Shown: in pieces, positions 14,760 through 34,076 of the stretch | Position numbering within the stretch: position 1 is the first letter of the stretch | Layout of the letters: every line of letters begins with the position of its first letter | NCBI RefSeq assembly: GCF_009914755.1 | Contig: NC_060933.1 | Direction: 5' to 3' (one strand) | DNA: 64,000 nucleotides | Source of the DNA: the human T2T-CHM13v2.0 reference genome, Homo sapiens | Translations under genes and position numbers: made by a program | Notes under the pieces: generated by a model | Database searches by the model: none | The model's input: only the letters and a program-made list of their open reading frames with translations | What the model was told of the DNA's origin: nothing

Positions 14760-15180
14760 AACCGACTGCACACGCCCAATTCAGAAGGAAGTGAGCACTG
14801 ATTCCCGGCAGCCAACTCCCGTTCGCGCAGCCGCTGCCACCGGCCCTTAAGACGATGTGACCGCCAATTTTGTAACAGTGACGTCACCCGACGTCTGCAG
14901 GCCCTGACAGTTGGCTCTAGCGGGTGCGCAGTCTCCCTACCCCCGGTAAGGGGCTCTACCGGCCCTGGACCCAAGATGGGACTCCTACCTCCGACCACCC
15001 GGAGCAGCGGCGCCCCAGATCCGGCCGTCCGCCCTGCGCGTGCGCGGCCCGACCCCGCCGCGGTCTGGCTGTAAGGGCGCTGGAGGGGAGCTGGGCTGCC
15101 CCAGCCTTCAATGCTGGAGGGACGGCCGCGTGGGGCTTCAGAAAGGCTAGGCGCCGAGGAGTGTAAGCAGCGTGTGCCCA
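14760..15180. promoter_or_regulatory. Orphan CpG island between the convergent DNAJA1 and SMU1 3' ends
   Basis: Non-repeat CpG-dense DNA; full CRE TGACGTCA 14879-14886, CCAAT 14776 and 14864, NRF1-like TGCGCGTGCGCG 15035-15046. Confidence 0.75.
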
Positions 15181-16095
15181 TTTAAAGACAAAATCAGTGT
15201 GTTTTTCAGGTTTGTACGAAATGAAGTTGTAGAAAGATTAACAAGGGTTACCTGGGAAAGGCAGATTTTCAACTTAGCGTTTACATGTTCACCCAGTGCA
15301 TTATTTTATTTAAAAAGAAGAAAAATATATACTTAACGGCTCCTAATCCAGCTCTCTTTGCCTGGTCTCCCAAGACACCTATCATTTTGCCCAGCACATA
15401 CCTTGCCGCTGTGCCACACTGGAGTCCCCGGTTAGGTTCCCTGTGCTTAGACCGCCCCCTAGTCCCTCCAGGAAGCCTTTCCCAACCCTTTCGCGTTAAC
15501 TGCCCGCCTCATCATCACAAAGGTAACTTGAGCTTTTATCAGTTTTAATTACTCCTTTTAATTTGCTCTTCTTCCCTATGTTTAGGCAGAAACGAGTCTT
15601 TTTTTAACCATATTCATCACCTGGTGCCAGCAACAGAAGTGTTCCCTAAAAATTCCTAGAATAAACCAACACGTGCTGACTAGATTCTCCATCTTCATAA
15701 ACGGTGATACAAACTATGCACATCATAACTACCAGCTTCATGAGGTCAAGACTAAATCAAAAATTCTCAAGGACTTTTCTAAAAATTTTTTTAGCATAAA
15801 CTGTTTCCTCTAACTTAAACTTCTCTTAAGTGAACGTGTCTTTCCACTGGGATGACTGTCTACATGCTCAGGAATCCTGAATTCATGACTATGTTCAACT
15901 CCCACGACCATTTTTAAATCATCAAAATGGCAGCAAATGTCATTACCTGGACCAAAAAGCTGCAGGTTTTGTGGCAAATGGGAAATGTGTTATAGAATAT
16001 GACTGGGAAAGAGGGATTTCTTAGTGCTGCCCAGAATTAATTCAGCAAACACTGAACATTACTACGTGCCACATATAGGATCATACTGCATTTCA

Positions 16096-16422
<327 letters not shown>

Positions 16423-17099
16423 TTAAAAAGGTAAATTACAAGACTGCAAAACTTTTTAAAAAAACCTTCCCCACTAGTTTGTACCTAATAAATGCTAACA
16501 TTTAAAAGGGGGCACAAAAGGCCTGCAGAAATAAGAACTCACGTTCTTGAAAGTACTGCCTAGCATGGTATCTTCCTCATCATCAGAGGTGCTCTATACA
16601 TCTTCAGTTGAAACGTGAAACAGACATCCATATGCAAAATATTTTCAAGGGTTTTGTTGGCTTTTACATGTTTTTCTTTAGATAACTGGTAATGATGCAC
16701 ATTACAAAGGAGACTTTTCTAAATCTCAAGTCCTTTGCTAATTTTTCTTTGGAACAACAGCACATTTTCAATGCCAAACCTTCTCCTACAACATACAAAG
16801 GGGAGATGCCAAAACTCTGAATTCTTGTAACGGATCCTGCAACTAGTTCTATCCAGAAGATGGAGACAATATTCCCTGGAGTTGACTGAACATGTGAGAA
16901 GGCACAGCTCAGAAGGAGAGGAAGGCTGAGGGCAGTGAAATGAGAACCTATGCATCACCTGGCCTTTTTACATGTTAGTCTATCCTACTATCCCAGGAAT
17001 TCACTTCTGCTGTACTTGAGATTCAGGGATAATAATGTGACTCCTCCTCCCACATTCTAAGTAAATATGTTAACTAGATGAGCATTTATGTACATTTTA

Positions 17100-17504
<405 letters not shown>

Positions 17505-17850
17505 TTATTTACAAGTTTTACTATGGGAGGGACATTTTCCTCAGCATTTCAAATAATCAGAGGAGTAGAATTTTTTTCTAGAAATATCAGTATTTCACTC
17601 TCCAGGTCGAAGATTAATGAAAACATTAAGTGACTGCACCAGTTAGAAGAAGATAAACTAATACCTTAAAAATATATAAAAAAAGAAAGGGTAGTTGCTA
17701 CTTAAACATGAATTTTCACAAAATTATTCTGTGACTAATTCAGACAATCTATTTGCTTAGAAAAGCTGGCAAAAAAAAAAAAAAGCACATTACATGAATA
17801 TGCTTCATTTAAGTACATGCTTTCGAGCTGATTTAAAAAGAAAAGTTGAA

Positions 17851-17949
17851 TTATGGTTTCCAGAGCTTTAGGAGTCCATCTTCACTGTAGGTAGCAATCA
17901 GGTTCTGATGAGGGTGATGTGCAATACCAATCACATCCTTCTCGTGCAC
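17851..17949 (-). CDS. SMU1: SMU1 exon 12 coding part ([32 protein letters not shown])
   Basis: tccag| acceptor, TAA at 17853-17851; the 12 exons sum to 1542 nt = 513 aa + stop. Confidence 0.97.
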   Translation of the reverse strand: MHEKDVIGIAHHPHQNLIATYSEDGLLKLWKP

Positions 17950-18108
17950 CTGGAACATGTAAAGCACAGGGTTAGGATGTACAGATCTGCAATAAATCAC
18001 TCTGATGAGGCTTCCAGAGGTGGGTGGAAGGGAAAAAGAGATCTTGGGAGGCCACATATTCCAAATGGCATAGGAGAAAGATGGAGGAGGGTTTTCCAAC
18101 TCACATCA

Positions 18109-18460
<352 letters not shown>

Positions 18461-18648
18461 TTAAGCCACCGAGATTTGGGGATCATCATAGCAGCTGACA
18501 TTAATTTTACTTCTTGAATTTGACATGGAGCTAAATGTTTTAAAACAACATATTTTATACTGAGGGTCACATCGATAGCTCTGGAAAAGGCACATACTTC
18601 AGAGTTCAGAAAGACACAAGTCCTACCATATTTCTTTAGATGAACTTA

Positions 18649-18816
<168 letters not shown>

Positions 18817-20151
18817 CTAGATCACACCACACCCCAAGAAAAAAACATCAGGATTAGTAGCAGCTCAACCATGTGCAGCATTTTAAACTGACATTTTTAC
18901 GTTGTTATTTTGCACTTTGGTTTACTATCATTTGTAATTAGATCTCCAGTCCTGTTCATCATGTGCTAACTCCCCTTGCCTGGGAAATATTCAATAGATA
19001 AGTAATCTAAACTAAGTGGCAGACAAAAATTTAGAATTCATACATCCCACGTCACCAATCATGCCCTAAAGAGACATATTACCCTTAAGCAAATTTCATT
19101 GCCATACAAAAAACAATTTTCTAAATCAATATACCAGTATTTCTCAAAGCTTTCTGGATGTCTGCTCTCCAGTTTCCTCTAACAGAATGAGAAGCTTTCC
19201 CCATACAGGATGACACTCAGTCTCTAAGACTTTGCTTGCTCTATTGATACATTAAAATCATCATAAACCAAGCTGAGAGAAACCAATCTGAAAAGGCGAA
19301 CAGTTTACATACTATATGCTTCCATTTCTATACCATTTTCAAAATGACAAAATTATAATAATGGAAAACAGATCAGTGGTTGCCAAGGGTTAGGGCTTGG
19401 GATTAACCTGAAATTTAAAACATGATACCATTTACATTAGCAGCCCCAAAGTGAAAATACTTAGGTATAAATCTAACAAAATACATACAATATTTAAATG
19501 AGGAAAATTACAAAATTCTGATGAAGGATATCAAAGAACTACACAGAGATATTCTATGTTCATGAACAGGAAGACTCAATATGGTAAAGATGTCAGTTCT
19601 TCCCAACTTAATCTACAGATTTCATACAATCCCAATCAAAATCCCAGCAAATTATTTTGTGGATATTGACAACCCAATTCTAAAGCTTACGCAAAGAGGC
19701 AAAAGACCCAGAATAGCGAACTCAATGTTGAAAGAGAAGGACAAAGTTGGAGGGCTCACAATACCCAACTTCAAGATTTACTACTAATCTACAGTAATGA
19801 AGACAGTGTGGTATTGGATCAATGGAACAGGATACAAAGCCCAGAAATACACTCAACTGATTTTTGACAAAGTAGCAAAAGCAATATAATAGAGAAAAGA
19901 TAGTGTTTTCAACAAGAGATGCCATAATTCGACACTTACATGCAAGAAAATGTATCTAGACACAATAAAATAAAGACCTTACAGTCTTCACAAAAATTAA
20001 CTCAAAATGGATCACAGACCTAAATGTAAAACTCAAAACTGTATTTAAAACTCTTAGAGGATAACAAAAAAGAAAATCTAGATGATCTTGAGTTTGATGA
20101 CTTTTTAGATACAACTCCTAAGACATGATCCATGAAATAACTGATAAGCTA

Positions 20152-20505
<354 letters not shown>

Positions 20506-21103
20506 AAGGAAGAAAATGAAAAGACAAGCCATGGACTGGGAGAAAATATCTGTAAAAACCAGATTTGATAAAGAACTATTATCCAAAATATACAAAAAAC
20601 TCTTAAAACTCAACAGTAAGACAACAACCCCATTGAAAAATGAGTCAAATACCTGAAACAGAAACCTCACCAGAAGTATAGAGATGACAAATGAGCATAT
20701 GAAAAGATTTCTACATGTGGAAATGCAAATTAAAATGAGATACCACTACACACCTATTATTTGAATGGCCAACATCCAGAACACTGACCACACTCAATGC
20801 TGGTGAGGATGTGGAGTAACAGGAACTCTCATTCACCAAGGGTGAGAATACAAAAGGATACATCCATTTTGGAACAGTTTGATAGTTTCTTACAACTAAA
20901 CATACTTTACCATACAATCCAGTAATCACACTACTTAGCATTTACCCAAAGAAATAGAAAACATATTCACACAAAAATCTGCACATGGATGTTTATAGCA
21001 GCTTTACTCATAATTGCCAAAACTTGGAAGCAACCAAGATGTCCTTTGGTAGATGACTGGATAAATAAATGTTATTAAGCACTTAAAAAAAAAAAAAAAA
21101 AAA

Positions 21104-21753
<650 letters not shown>

Positions 21754-22329
21754 TTATTAAGAAGTCAAAATGAAAAAGTTACGTACTTTATGTTTCCAAC
21801 TACATAACCTCCTAGAAAAGGCAAAACTATGGAGACAGAAAAAGATCAGTGGTTGCCGGAAGTTAGTGGGGAAGGAGGAAGAACAGAAAGGGCACAGAGA
21901 ATTTCTGGGAAGTGAAACTACTCTGTACAATTCTCTAATGGTAGACACCTGCCATTATACATTTGTCCAAACCTACAGAACATACAACACCAAGAGTGAA
22001 TCCTAATGTAAACTATGGCCTTTGTGTGTTAATGATGTACCAAATGCAGGTTCATCAGTTGTAACAAACGTACCACTCTGGCACGAGATACTGATAGTGT
22101 GGAAGGCTGTGCCCGTGGGAGGGACAGAAGAAATATGGGAACCGTCCGTATTTTCTGCTCAATTTTGCTGTGAACCTAAAACTACTCTTAAAAGTCTATT
22201 TTTTAAAAAACAACAAATTATGACAATGGAAAACTGATCAGTAGTTGCCAGGGGCTAGGGTTATGGGGAAGACGTGACTATAAAGATGTAGCATGAGAGT
22301 TTCTTTGGGAATAAAACCATTCTGTATCC

Positions 22330-22590
<261 letters not shown>

Positions 22591-23524
22591 ACAGTTCTGT
22601 ATCCTGATTGTAATGGTGGTTACATGACTCTATACATGTAATGAAACTTTACAGAATGATTATATCCCTGCTTAAAAATAAATAAATAAATAAAAAGAAT
22701 GCATGTAAAAACTGGTTATATCTAAATAAGATCTGTAATAGAGTTAATAACTGTACCAATGTCAATTTCCTAGTTCTGATCATTGTATTATCATTATATA
22801 AGATGTTATCATTGGAGGAATTTGAAGAGCGAAACACAGGAACTCTTCTGTACTATTTTTGCAACTCTATGTGAATCTAAAATTATTTTTTCAAAATAAA
22901 GTATTTTAAAAAGTCAAGCACAGAACTGTGAAGTGTGCTCAGCAGATGCACTGGGCAGCTGTAGCTATTATGCAGTGGCCCAAAAGATACTGCGGACCAG
23001 CCATCTCAGCTATGGATTCTCAACTACTACTCCATCAGTTACAGAACTCAAAGAATGGAAAGAGAGTACTACACACCAGCCCCTGGGTCTTCTCTATGGT
23101 CAGCAAGATCCCCAAGTGTCCAGGCCAATAATCCAATAGCACTACCATACATACCTAGGGCTTGGGTCCTCAAACTTGATGCTTCTGACACCCCCAGTGC
23201 TACTTCACAGTCCACAAAAGTGAGATTCCTTGAGAATCTTGCAGGTTTTCTGATTAAAAATACACCGAGGACACTGCTGCTGCCTTTCTCCTATTAGTGT
23301 TCCACTTTAGATCGTGGTAGCTGGGAGATGTCCTGAGTTGGTAATCCATACTACACTGTATCCCCCTAACTCAGACAAACACTGTTATCTTAAAATCTTC
23401 AGTGAGGTTCTGAAGGAGGCTTAAAGACAGATAGGAGCTTCCTTTATCCGAAGGATGAAAGTGCTTAATATACAAACATCCAGGGGAAAGGAGATCACTT
23501 TTGAAATACCAAACAGATGTTTTA

Positions 23525-23848
<324 letters not shown>

Positions 23849-24014
23849 CTACCACACAGAAATTTAAGTTATAAACCTTTTTTAGGTATAAAAATTTCTA
23901 AAGTTTTAGGGTTTAAAATATTAACAGTTTACTAAAAAAGAATAGAAATGATTCAGGGGAAAAAAGTTTCTTACTTGATTTTAGGTCCAATCAAATACCC
24001 AGCACTGCCATATA

Positions 24015-24343
24015 CAGTTTTCCTTCGGTATCTGTGAGGAATTGGTTCCAGGATCCCCTTTAGATACCAAAATCCAAGGATACTCAAGTCCCACACATAA
24101 AATGATGTATTTGCATATAACCTATGCACATCCTCCTGTATGCTTTAAATCATCTCTAGATTACTTATAATATCTAATACAATGCCCGCACACCACTTCC
24201 TTTGTAAGGATTCAATGTAGTACTTGGCATGGGGCAGATTTAAGTTTTGCTTTTTAGAATTTTGTGGAATTTTCTTTTTTTTCCCCAAATATTTTCAATT
24301 TGTGATTGGTTGAATCCATGTTCCGGATACAGAGGACCAACTG
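24015..24343 (+). mobile_element. MER2/MER2B DNA transposon
   Basis: TA-CAGTT...AACTG-TA ends; TTGGTTCCAGGA, TTTGCATATAACCTA, TTTAAATCATCTCTAGATTAC. Confidence 0.8.
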
Positions 24344-24547
24344 TAATAGAGTAAGCATTCATCATGTATTTGTTGATTTATTGGCAAAGCCAAAGTCACA
24401 AACTAAAACTTAAAAACTTTTAAAAATCTATGATCTTTTCTCATACATTTTTCCTTAGCCAATAGAGCTCTCTCTCTTTAAAATTAGTTGTTTGTCAACA
24501 CTGCTACTGTCATAAACAACCAGAAAGCTACCCTTGTCTGGATATCA

Positions 24548-24873
<326 letters not shown>

Positions 24874-26577
24874 TCAAATAGAGGCTTTTTAGCTTGAGAC
24901 TCTATCCTGAGATTTTGATGTGGTAGGTCTAGGGTGAGGCATAGGCATTTTTTAAAAAGCTACAAATGATTCCAATGTACAGTTTATACTGACAATGACT
25001 GAACAGAAGTCACAATGTTAGCACACACACATGAGGAACTTTGAAGTGGAAGCTACTCTTGGCCACTTGCATTACTTTTCCCGGTCTATCTTTTCACCTT
25101 ATCCTTCTGGGTTCTATGAACTGAAAGGGTTAAATCAGGTAGCACAGAAATCTGAGATGTGCTTAGAGAAGGGATGGATCAAACATTAAATAGCATTGTC
25201 CTGATACCACTCAATTCATCAGGTACAAAGTCTCTAAGGCATGGACTCTGCTGTGTTTCCTCTGTGCCTTCCATGGAGCTTAGCAGAAAGCAGATGTTGA
25301 ATAAATACCCATAAACAGGAGAAAACAGTTGCCCTGGTGTCAACACTGTTATTGCCTGCCCTAATCTCCTCTGAAGCCCAGTTGCTTAGAAGAAAAAATG
25401 AACATTTCAGGAATTAAGAACGCTAAGGCTTCCAGTGTTTTCCATTCAAAAGGTCAGTGACACGCTTTGCCCCACTCACTGCAGAACTAAGGGGGAAAGA
25501 CCACAAAATAAGGAACCTTAGATAAGCCATCTTCCAGTGGCATTTACAAGTTGTGAGGCCCATATGCATAGCATGAGAGCAAATCCCATGACTGAAGTAC
25601 TAACAGCTCTGTGTGATTTCCCCATACATCCCAAGGGAGCATACATCTCCTGCCTTCGGGTTTCCAGTTCGATTTCCAATCATGAACAGCAATTTCAGAC
25701 GGTGGTCTGACATATATACATATATATATATACATACATTTATTGATTGACTGAGACAGGTTCTTGCTCTGTTGCCCAGGCTGAAGTACAGTGGTGAGAA
25801 AATTGCTCAATGCAGCCTCAAACTCCTGGGTTCGAGTGATCCTTTCACCTCAGCCTCCCAAGTAGCTAGGAATACAGGTATACGCCACCACCCCTGGCTG
25901 TCTGAATTTTAGATACTTAAATATGTATCTAAAATATCTAGATATTTGTATTAAAATGTTTTATTAAAATGTCTAGATCTTCTGCCACAAAGTACTCACT
26001 CATATAAGACAATTCAAAAAGATTAGGTCCGGAATGTAAATAGTGTCTCAAAGATCTCTAATAATTTTCTATTTGGGTTTCTCATATCTTTTCTAGGAAA
26101 TGAGAACCTCTCTTCAAATAACTAAATCTTTAAAGGTACTGAAGATCCATTACTTTCAGCAAATTACTTATTAAATAACTATCTAGGAGAAGGCTTAGTT
26201 TTACTCAACACCTCTCCTATTCCTCTATAAATGCTACTAGGAAGGCCCTAAATCTGGGGACCAGGAGTGCAGTGAGGCTGTGCAACAAAAAAGAGATCTA
26301 TTTATTAGGCCACTGAGACTTTCGTGAATTTGACTGTTAGCAGGTGGACCATACCTATGGCAAAACAGATTTAACCACCATGTGTATCTGTGAATGGGGG
26401 ATGGCTTAAGTTTAGGACTCTTCACCCTTCCTCTTTTCCTACACATGATAAAGTTTGTTTGGATTGAAAAGGTTTGAGATTGGGGTCCCAAGGCCAATGG
26501 GAATTACCCACAGAATACTGTTGTTGTCTCAGACTCACCTCAATTACAGCTAAAATAGCCAGGAAAGAGGTTTACTA

Positions 26578-26904
<327 letters not shown>

Positions 26905-27286
26905 TTAAGTGAAGAGGGCTATGTGATTGTGTATACGGTGTAATTTTCACTATATCAAACAATCAAACAAAAGCTTTGCAAAGAAAGAGGCTGGAAGAAA
27001 ATATGCCAGTAATACCACAAGCTTCTGTTCAGGGACAGACCTCTAAAAAACAAGTTAGCAGGAGATTGAGATCAGTGGGTCTCAGCTGGGTCCTTTAGAG
27101 TATAACAGACCCTCTAAAGTGATTATGATGCAGGTAGGTCCATAAGACCATACTCTGAGAAACATGAAGCACTGCTACCCCCTTTCAAATGTCTCTTCTG
27201 GGTAAAAACTCAAATGACACAACAACAAGTGTCAGTTGTACTTTGGGGACATAAGGTCTCACATACCTTCCCTCTCCATATCACAT

Positions 27287-27314
27287 CATCATGGTAAAAG
27301 CATCATGGTAAAAG
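27287..27314. repeat. Perfect 14-bp tandem duplication
   Basis: CATCATGGTAAAAG x2. Confidence 0.9.
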
Positions 27315-27393
27315 CGTAAGGAATCACTAGTACCTCCCTCCATGGCCTCATTATATCAAACTCAAGTGAGAGCAGTTTTGGGATTTTTACTTA

Positions 27394-27546
<153 letters not shown>

Positions 27547-28125
27547 TTAAAAAAACCTTGTTAAGTGTCCTACTATTAATAGCCCACAGAGCCAAGCAAG
27601 ATGCAATGCTCACTAATGTACTGAAACAGCATTAAAAATGCACGCTAATAGCTGAATATGATGTCTAGTTCACATAGTACAATGGTAACTGAATCCTTTG
27701 AAACTTAAAACTCTTTCCTTGTAAATTATTAAAACAAAAATATAGACTCTAAGTTCACTTAGCAGAGACCATTTCTGCAATTTCTGTAGCCCAGGATGTA
27801 TTTCTAGCATTAAATACAAACCACAACAAATTGGCTATTAGACCATCCCCTTAAAAAAAAAGTTAGTTATTTTGATTTTTATACAGCAAGCCAGGGTGGT
27901 ACAATAGAAAGGGCATAAGCAGATATGAACTAAAGTCCCAGATCTATCACTTACCAAGTATGTGACCTTAAATATGTTATTGGATCACCCAGACAGAGTT
28001 GCTAAGATTACATAAGAAAAAGTAAAGTGATTAGCATAAAGCTGATGCTCAATAATCAGTAGCTATTATTATGCTGAATATCATATGTAGGACACTACCC
28101 CATAGCAGAACATTCAAAATGTCTA

Positions 28126-28272
<147 letters not shown>

Positions 28273-28874
28273 CTAAAGAAACAATGGTTAGCAGTTATCA
28301 AAATAACACAAAGCCAAGACCCCAGTTCTCTACAAACTCACAAAAACCAGGGGCAATGGATTGTACCTACTCTAAACCCCCAAAGTAAACAGAAGTGCCG
28401 TGCATACACGTTCCTAGTAAGTAACTAGTTCCCAGTGATATTGCCGGGGATAAATAATTTTATACAATTCAAATTAGTATTATAAAAAATACCCACATAC
28501 TACTCTAGATCTTTTCCTTACTGATTTTTTTCTAGGCAAAATTTCTCTAGTTTCATATTTTACATCTTTAATAAATCTGAATTTACCTATTTTTGTATGA
28601 TGTGGGAAACTAAACTAATATTTTTTCCAAATGATCAGCTACCTTTCCTGAAACAGTTTACTGACTAATCTATTTATTTGTGATGCTTCTTTTATTATCC
28701 ATTATTGTTCAAACAGATTACTTTTCTTATTTTTTTCTAATTATAAAGTGAGACTGCTTCCTGGTTTAAAAAATAAAAGCAAACTATAAAGAAACATATA
28801 AAGTAGAAAGTAAAAATCACTCATAAATCCACTACCCATAGAATGGAATTTGGTACTCTACGATAAAAATTACA

Positions 28875-29172
28875 TTTTATTTATTTATTTTTGAGACAGA
28901 GTCTTGCTCTGTCGTCTAGGCTGCAGTGCAGTGATGCAATCTCAGCTCACTACAACCTCTGCCTCCTGGGTTCGAGCAATACTCCTGCATCAGGTTCCTA
29001 AGTAGCCGGGATTACAGGTCCGCACCAAAACACCCAGCTAATTTTTACATTTTTAGTAGAGACAAGGTTTCATCATGTTAGCCAGGCCGGCCTTGAACTC
29101 CTGACTTCAAGTGACCTATCAACTTCAGCCTCCCAAAGTGCTGGGATTACAGGTATGAGCCACTGCGCCCAG
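28875..29172 (-). mobile_element. AluS
   Basis: TSD AAAAATTACATTTT. Confidence 0.88.
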
Positions 29173-29751
29173 TAAAAAATTACATTTTAAATCAGTGGAT
29201 AAAAGTTAGTAAATAGCTATATGGGGAAAAAACCAACTTGGATCTATACCAACTTTATCCCGCTAAACAAATTCTTGAAGGGTCAAAAATTAAACATAAA
29301 ATAAAAGATTAAAGTACTAGAAGAAACTGTAGGAAAAAAGATGAATAAATTTGATGATATAAAAAAATTTCAAGTCTGTAAAACAAAACAAGCAAAATCA
29401 AGAGATAAAAGTCAAAATTTTAAAGTATTTGTAATGTATATTATAAAACTTCATTTCCTTAAAATATAAAGAGCTCCTACAAATCAATAAAGAACAATCC
29501 AACAGAAAAATGGGCAAAAGATATTAACAGACTTCATAGTGTAAGAAATATTAGTGACTTCGGTAAAATAAAAAAAAATTTGTGGCTTTTCACATAGAAA
29601 AAGATGTTTAACTTCATTTATAAGAGAAATAGAATTAGTACTACAATTAGGTTAGATTGGAAATGATCTTAAATAAAATGGGTGGTTAAATACATCATGG
29701 TTCAATCCATGCAATGTAATATAATACAGCAATAATCTCCAACATATGCTA

Positions 29752-30469
<718 letters not shown>

Positions 30470-30574
30470 TGAAAAAAAATTTTTTACTTGTAAAAATAAT
30501 AGATAATAAAACAATTACAGATCATAAAGGTCCTCCCTTGGTTAATAAAATTGGAATTTAATTAAACATACCGT

Positions 30575-30876
30575 TTTTTGCTTTTTGTTTTTGAGACAGT
30601 GTTGCTGCCCAGGCTAGAATGCAGTAGCATAATCATGGCTCACTGCAACCTCAAACTCCTGGCTTGAGGGATCCTCCCACTTCAGCCTCCCAGGCAGCTA
30701 AAACTATAGGTGCACACAAGCATGCATGGTTAATTTAAAAAAAAATTTTTTTTGGTAGAGACGCGGTCTCACTATGCTGCCCCGGCTGGGTTGAACTCCT
30801 GGGTTCAACTAAGTGATCCTCCTGCCTCAGCCTCCTCAGTAGCTAGGACCACAGGTGTGCACCACTGTCCCTAGCT
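30575..30876 (-). mobile_element. AluJ
   Basis: Alu consensus. Confidence 0.8.
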
Positions 30877-30950
30877 TTAAATGAGTTTTTTAATTACAAA
30901 AGTAATACATGTTCATTACATACAGATCCTTTTTCAACTAATCTGATTTA

Positions 30951-31229
<279 letters not shown>

Positions 31230-32597
31230 CTAGCATAAAGTCATAGCTGGCCCATATTATAGAGTATTGGAGGGGTATTTCTGTACCTGGACGCAGGGAG
31301 CTGGGTGGATGTATTTTTCTCTGACTTAGTTTTAAGTCCAGGCACTAAGTTGAAGCTAGTTTTTTGAATGTGAGATTGATATTTCCAAAGGAAAGGACAA
31401 AAGCTATTTTAACATGGGACTTAGAACAAGTAATCCTGTTAGCTCAGACTGTAATGTTTTGCTAGAATCAGCCACTGTTAGCGTGACTTTCACACTCAGT
31501 ATGGCCTAATATGTTCCTGTTGTGTATCTCAGGGGGAAAAAACTCATTTTTTCAAACTAAATGTATGTTTCCCTATATTATTTTGTAAATAAACTTTCTA
31601 TCAGTGTTTCACAACCTTCATTTAATGAAGTGATAATGTGTAGCTGACCAAACTTAGAAGAACTAATTAAAGCTAATATACTGTCTGATAAATGCATTCT
31701 GAGCATTTGCTAGTGAGGATGCTCCCAATAACAGATGAAAACTACAGAAAATTAGGTAGAAAGAACAAAGAAAAGCTCTAATGTGGATTTCACCTTAAAT
31801 GCCAAAAAAGGAAAGTGTTTATAACAGAAAATCTTAGCCCAGCAGCATAATAATGATGGATTTCTATTTGTCTCAAGGTTTCAGGCAGAGTAAATAAAGG
31901 TGCTGCTTAAAAATATCTTTATCTGCAAGTTAGAATATATAATCCAGAAAAGGCAAACCCAAAATGTTAACCCAAAGTCAAAGATTTGAGGAATATGAAA
32001 TATTTTAAAATCCAGGAATTTAGAGCACAAATCCAGAGAAACTGTAATATAGAGATGCTAAAGTAGCAAATACACTTGTAATTCTGGGAATTACCTAGAA
32101 CACTTTTTCCTAGAAAACTCTCAGATTTAAAAAAATAAAAATAAATAAAAAATTTTAAAAAACCACACCATAGGAAGATAAAATCATTTTCCTCAAACAT
32201 CACATAAGCCCACTTTGTAATCCCTCACTGGCACTCTGCCTGACACATAGCAGGCAAAATAAAAATGGTAAACAGAAGAAGTACATACAAAGTTCACAGT
32301 CCCAGGTGTAACCAAAAAAGAACTAACCATTCTTCCAAATGCAGGCTTCTTGGGAAGAAGTGCAAGGGCAGATGGTGGGCTAGATGTCAAGCTAGATGTC
32401 CATCCATTAGATGACACATCTGAGGTGTACCACTCCCAGGCCACAGCAGTATCCCAGTGGACACCTGCAGCAACCTTGAATATTGTCAGAGCTGGAGAAT
32501 GAGTTCTCCCCCTCAATTATCCAAGCCCCTGGCACAGGGCCTGGCTGAGCCCATGACAAGTCCTCAACAAATGATTACTGACTGGCTGAATGTCTTA

Positions 32598-32735
<138 letters not shown>

Positions 32736-33630
32736 CTATGAGGAAAAAAAAAAATATAGCAATCTGTTCAGGTGCTTTTAAGATCTGGTCATAAGTGCTC
32801 AGAAACCAAGCCCGAAAGGATGAGGTTCAGAGAAAGCTGTGAGCCATCTAAACCCCAACTATTTTTGGCCATCCAAACATAAAGTAATCTGTGCTCCCCT
32901 GTGTGTCCAAGAACACAGGCTGATCTAAGGGTGAAGGGGACCTGAGAGCCAACAAGTCTATCATCCACCTATTTTCTTACAGGAGTGGCTCTTTTGTTAT
33001 AAACAAAACTTGGAAAACAAAGATCTCCCATAGTTCTAACACTCAAACACACCCACTATTAACATTTTATATACTACCTTCCAATCTTCCCCCCCCACAT
33101 ATGTGTTTCATTAACCTAGTTGTAATTATACTATATGTAAAATTTTATTTTCTCCTGTTTTCACCTATCAACAGGTCATATTAGTCACAGCTATCATTTT
33201 AATGGCTGTAAAATATATCCCATCTAGTAGATGTCTCACAGTTAACATAATCAATATATTAGTGGACATTTACACTGCTTCCAATTTTTCAATCACCTAA
33301 ATAATGCTGCAATGAACATCTTTGGACATAAAGCTTTTTCTATTTTGGGGATATTCCCCTCCTAGGGTATATTCCTGGAAAAGAAATTACCAAATCCAAA
33401 AAAGAACATGAATGGTTAAGGCTCTTGATATATTTGATATATACTGCCAAACTCCTTTCCAAAAGAGCTGCTTTCCAAAAAAAGTTGCAGTTGCACTAGT
33501 GTTCACAACTGCATTATGAGGGGTGAAATAATGAACTTTGGAGACAGATGGTCCTAGGCTAACTCATTCACCAGCTATGTCATTTTGACTCCCAGTTTTG
33601 CCAACTGAAAAAGTCGGGAAAAAAAGCCTA

Positions 33631-33936
<306 letters not shown>

Positions 33937-34076
33937 TCATAGAGGATAAAACAAAATAATATAAGTGAAGCCTGTATAATAAGCACATGTTCACATAATA
34001 AGCACACAATCAATGTTTATTCCCCTTTCCTTTTGTTATTCCAAGAAAACTCAATAATTTTTGGTATCATTTAAAA

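Noticed and set aside
14615-15181. 188-aa - strand ORF over the orphan CpG island
   Set aside because: Low-complexity G/R/P-rich frame expected in GC-rich DNA; no recognisable domain.
25540-25712. Unique-looking intronic segment ending in a small hairpin TCAGAC-GGTG-GTCTGA
   Set aside because: No convincing snoRNA boxes or splice pair; probably an old repeat I cannot name.
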